Source: Bdellovibrionota bacterium (GTDB taxonomy: Bacteria > Bdellovibrionota > Bdellovibrionia > Bdellovibrionales > JAEYZS01). Taken from it: 64,000 nt of DNA. This document shows, in pieces, positions 61,224 through 64,000 of the stretch (its first letter is position 1; each line of letters opens with the position of its first letter). The translations under genes were made by a program, and so were the position numbers. The DNA is taken from positions 85,464 to 149,463 of the forward strand of contig JAZKEU010000017.1 of the NCBI GenBank assembly GCA_040386775.1, given 5' to 3'. Under the pieces are notes generated by a model. That model did no database searches. It was not told where the DNA came from and was given only the letters and a program-made list of their open reading frames with translations.

Positions 61224-62101
61224 GTGATTATATAATTAAAAGTAAAGAGAAAGACCTCGGTGGATTTTTAATTCACAGATCACTTCCGACAGCAAAGAAG
61301 AGGCAGTTAGGGCCTTTTGTATTCTTAGATCATATCGGACCTGTAAGTATTGATGAACAACATGCCATGGATGTTAGGCCTCATCCTCATATTGGTTTGG
61401 CTACAGTGACTTATTTTTTTAGTGGAAGAGGGTTTCACCGCGACAGCATTGGTTCTGAGCAATTAATCACGCCAGGAGATTTGAACTGGATGACGGCAGG
61501 AAGAGGAATTGTTCATTCAGAAAGAACACCGCAGGAAGATCGTCATGCTAGTGCCCAGGTGAATATGCATGGCGTGCAAATTTGGGTAGGACTTCCCAAA
61601 GATAAAGAAGAATGTGATCCTTATTTTACTCATTACCCGAAAGAAATATTACCCAACTTGCAGATTGTAGACGGCTTGAAAGTAAAGCTCATGATCGGGG
61701 AATACGGAAGCGTAAAGTCTCCTGTCACATGTGCTTCGCGAACTTTATTTATGGATATCTTGAGTGAAAAAAATTTAAAAACAAAACTTTCTTTCAATGA
61801 AGTTGAGGTCGGTCTATTTTTAGTTGCTGGAAAAGCCGTCGTGAACGATCAAGAAATGATCGTCGATGACTTAATGGTACTTACAGATCCAAGTAATGCA
61901 GAAATTCAATTCGAAAAGGGTACGCGATTTGTTGTCATAGGCGGAGATCCTTTTTTGGAGGAACGCTTTATGTGGTGGAACTTTGTGTCTTCAAGCAAAG
62001 AACGTTTAAGAAAGGCAGCTTTAGATTGGCAAGCGCAAAAATTTGGACAGGTTCCTGGAGAAGCAGAATGGATTCCTTTGCCTGAAGGACCGCTTCCTTA
62101 A
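61220..62101 (+). CDS. Pirin family protein
   Basis: Cupin metal motif RPHPHIGLATVTY ... GIVHSE. 293 aa. 4-nt overlap with the OsmC gene. Confidence 0.9.
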   Translation: MSDYIIKSKEKDLGGFLIHRSLPTAKKRQLGPFVFLDHIGPVSIDEQHAMDVRPHPHIGLATVTYFFSGRGFHRDSIGSEQLITPGDLNWMTAGRGIVHSERTPQEDRHASAQVNMHGVQIWVGLPKDKEECDPYFTHYPKEILPNLQIVDGLKVKLMIGEYGSVKSPVTCASRTLFMDILSEKNLKTKLSFNEVEVGLFLVAGKAVVNDQEMIVDDLMVLTDPSNAEIQFEKGTRFVVIGGDPFLEERFMWWNFVSSSKERLRKAALDWQAQKFGQVPGEAEWIPLPEGPLP

Positions 62102-62290
62102 TAAAAAATGTTTCAAATAAAATCAAAGAAAAACGTATCATTTTGATTACATCATATTTTGAGACGAATTCTCCTGTCTATTTCGTTTAAATTTTAATTT
62201 AATCTATTTCACCAGAAACTCTGGTAAACTATCGGTGCATCTAAAAAATTATTAATTGCTGAAGCGGTACGTATGAAGGAGAAACAGCAT

Positions 62291-62659
62291 ATGGGTAATA
62301 TAAGAAATCTTATATTTAGGTTACTTTCGTTGGTCTTTATTTCAATGATAGTAATTTCTTGTAACCAACAGGCTTTGCCAGATCAAGATTCTGACTCAGA
62401 ACCAATAGATTATGCTTATACACTGACTTTGGGTAGTCCGTTGCCTGGGGATACTATTCTAGCTGTAGATGGGGCCCATGGAGATTGCACAATATCCGCG
62501 GGTTTTGATGAAATCACATATACAAAAACGGATCTTGCATATACGGGAACAGATGTGTGTGGTTTCGTCGATTCGATTTGTTCTAATGGATTTGCAATTA
62601 ATTTTTCTGCCCCAGTACCTGCACTTGTTGGTACTGGAGCAAACTGTGCCTCTATTTAA
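62291..62659 (+). CDS. Hypothetical lipoprotein
   Basis: The ATG at 62291 lies 9 nt after AAGGAG. Lipobox MIVISC. The track ORF starts at 62273. Confidence 0.5.
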   Translation: MGNIRNLIFRLLSLVFISMIVISCNQQALPDQDSDSEPIDYAYTLTLGSPLPGDTILAVDGAHGDCTISAGFDEITYTKTDLAYTGTDVCGFVDSICSNGFAINFSAPVPALVGTGANCASI

Positions 62660-62672
62660 AAAGAACTAAATA

Positions 62673-63245
62673 CTACTCGAGTCTATCAGCGTATTCAGGC
62701 ATTTCTTTACGAATGAACTCCGCAATGCCGCCGGGCATATTCACGAGATAAATAAAAAGTTGTTCCTGCGAGCGAGCGCATTTTCGAAGATCATATGGAT
62801 TTTTGGCTTTAAGTACTCCGCCAGAGAAAATGGTTCTAAGAGCATTTTCTCCAATTTTTCCCGCCAATAAAGAATTTTTATTATTCAAAGCAATTTGCAA
62901 TTCCTCGATACTTCTTGCTGCAGTTTTCTCACACTCAATTCCATTAATTACGACAACATTGGGGTTCAATGTATTATAGATAGAAAGACTGGCGGTTTTA
63001 CAAGATGCGTATTCGGCATTATCGCTTGTTTTTAAAGCTAATTCCTGAATTTGGGTCATGGATGCTAGTGCTTTGCTTTCCGCTACCACGATTTCCGCAT
63101 CGGAGGAATATGGAGATAACTTGTTTGAAGAATGAAGATACGTTGTTATTGCAACCGATGCAATTTTCTCACAGCTTTCTTTAATGGAGTCTTCTGCCCA
63201 AGTTAAAGTCGAAAATAATGATATTATTAATACTAATGTTTTCAT
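62673..63245 (-). CDS. Hypothetical secreted protein
   Basis: Signal peptide MKTLVLIISLFSTLTWA. 190 aa. No family recognised. Confidence 0.5.
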   Translation of the reverse strand: MKTLVLIISLFSTLTWAEDSIKESCEKIASVAITTYLHSSNKLSPYSSDAEIVVAESKALASMTQIQELALKTSDNAEYASCKTASLSIYNTLNPNVVVINGIECEKTAARSIEELQIALNNKNSLLAGKIGENALRTIFSGGVLKAKNPYDLRKCARSQEQLFIYLVNMPGGIAEFIRKEMPEYADRLE

Positions 63246-63260
63246 AAAATACCTCTTCTT

Positions 63261-64000
63261 TTACTTTTGTAAATTGAAATTTAAGTAGGTGAGTGCCATA
63301 GCTAGGCTGTGGTTTCCTTCGTGATCATAAAAAGAAATTTTTGTAGAACTCAAAGCATCACGGTATACTTGATATACTTCGGTAGTGCTTTGATTGCTTA
63401 AAATTGCCAACCTTGTAAGGTTCATGGCAAATATAGGATCAATATCTCGATTGAGCATAGACAACTGACTTAAGGCTGTTCTATTAAAAATATCTACGAC
63501 TTCATCAAGGCTTTTGCCAGACTGAAGCTTTATGAAAACGATTTCATAAGCAAACTGATTCTCAGACAATTTTTTGCTTCTTTTTAAATGGCTATAATTG
63601 TGAGCGGAGTTGTAGAGACCAATAACTTGATCCAAAGTCTTTTCAAATAGCAAAGACAAAGTGGTCAATTGCATTGCTAACTCTGAATCTTGATGAGATC
63701 GCCTGTAAGCTGAGTTGAATGCTTGGATAGTATCATCGATAGATTTGCCAGAAGAAAAAGCCAGTTTCGTAAACTGTAAGCTATCCTGAACTCTTGTTGA
63801 GTGCTCGTCTCCTTTATGTGTTCTGACATAAAAATCTCTATAGAGAGAATAGACCTCATCGCGGGTCAGATTGTTTTCCAATGCTATTTCTGTTAATTTT
63901 ATGGCTAATTTTTCATTTCCGCCAATGAGATCAAAGAAGTCATTATGCAATTTTATAATAGCATCCACAGAAGTATTAAATTTAAAGTTAAGATAACTTA
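63261..64000 (-). CDS. Helical-repeat protein of unknown function (5' end probably beyond the window)
   Basis: At least six units of 35-42 aa with the pattern (L/F)A(M/I)-x-LT-x-LA ... S-x-(D/T)EV ... Y. The reading frame stays open from the track start (GTG at 63968) to the window edge, and the extra residues (...YLNFKFNTS) resemble the C-terminal YLNFNLQK. Confidence 0.5.
   Translation of the reverse strand, partial: SYLNFKFNTSVDAIIKLHNDFFDLIGGNEKLAIKLTEIALENNLTRDEVYSLYRDFYVRTHKGDEHSTRVQDSLQFTKLAFSSGKSIDDTIQAFNSAYRRSHQDSELAMQLTTLSLLFEKTLDQVIGLYNSAHNYSHLKRSKKLSENQFAYEIVFIKLQSGKSLDEVVDIFNRTALSQLSMLNRDIDPIFAMNLTRLAILSNQSTTEVYQVYRDALSSTKISFYDHEGNHSLAMALTYLNFNLQK

Noticed and set aside
1-64000. 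CRISPR arrays, tRNA/rRNA genes, insertion sequences, integrases, prophage or known defence-system genes
   Set aside because: I scanned for short regularly spaced repeats, tRNA T-arm consensus, and transposase, integrase, RT or nuclease signatures in the ORF translations, and found none. The only direct repeats seen are the 70-bp pair at 8.4/9.1 kb and the intragenic tandem repeats.

Overview
AT-rich bacterial chromosomal window, roughly 40% G+C by eye, densely coding on both strands with about 60 CDS. I found no rRNA, tRNA, CRISPR array, transposase, integrase or phage genes.

The gene content looks like a Bdellovibrio-like predatory bacterium: two TIGR02147-type HTH paralogues, two S8 subtilisins, an M16 peptidase pair, an L,D-transpeptidase, a matrixin-like lipoprotein and many signal-peptide proteins of no recognisable family. 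That origin is an inference from remembered family signatures, not a search result.

- **Housekeeping genes:** HIT hydrolase, methylmalonyl-CoA epimerase-like VOC protein, rhomboid, fliL, nusB, nrdR, an RsmB-like methyltransferase, hslO, mutS2, lnt, the H+-pyrophosphatase hppA, a beta carbonic anhydrase, and an RND pump with OsmC and pirin.
- **Signalling island (46.8-52.3 kb):** a CHASE3/GAF hybrid kinase with three receivers, a CheR and a receiver-kinase, with no CheB and no MCP.

The most unusual observations are:
1. A closed four-helix set of nested near-perfect inverted repeats (27570-27746) inside a 965-bp gene-free gap.
2. A GC-rich structured leader of about 180 nt in front of an S8 protease, divergent from a LysR gene.
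3. A 1213-aa protein with about 80 cysteines, a PilX_N-like anchor and three C-terminal tandem repeats.
4. A secreted PADI-type arginine deiminase homologue.
5. TIGR02147 regulators paired twice with secreted polyGly-HE proteins, plus a shared TGTGGC-N9-GCCACA motif.
6. A decayed wHTH/nucleotidyltransferase cassette bracketed by 70-bp direct repeats.

Coordinates for features I derived by hand (not from the ORF track) may be off by 1 nt.
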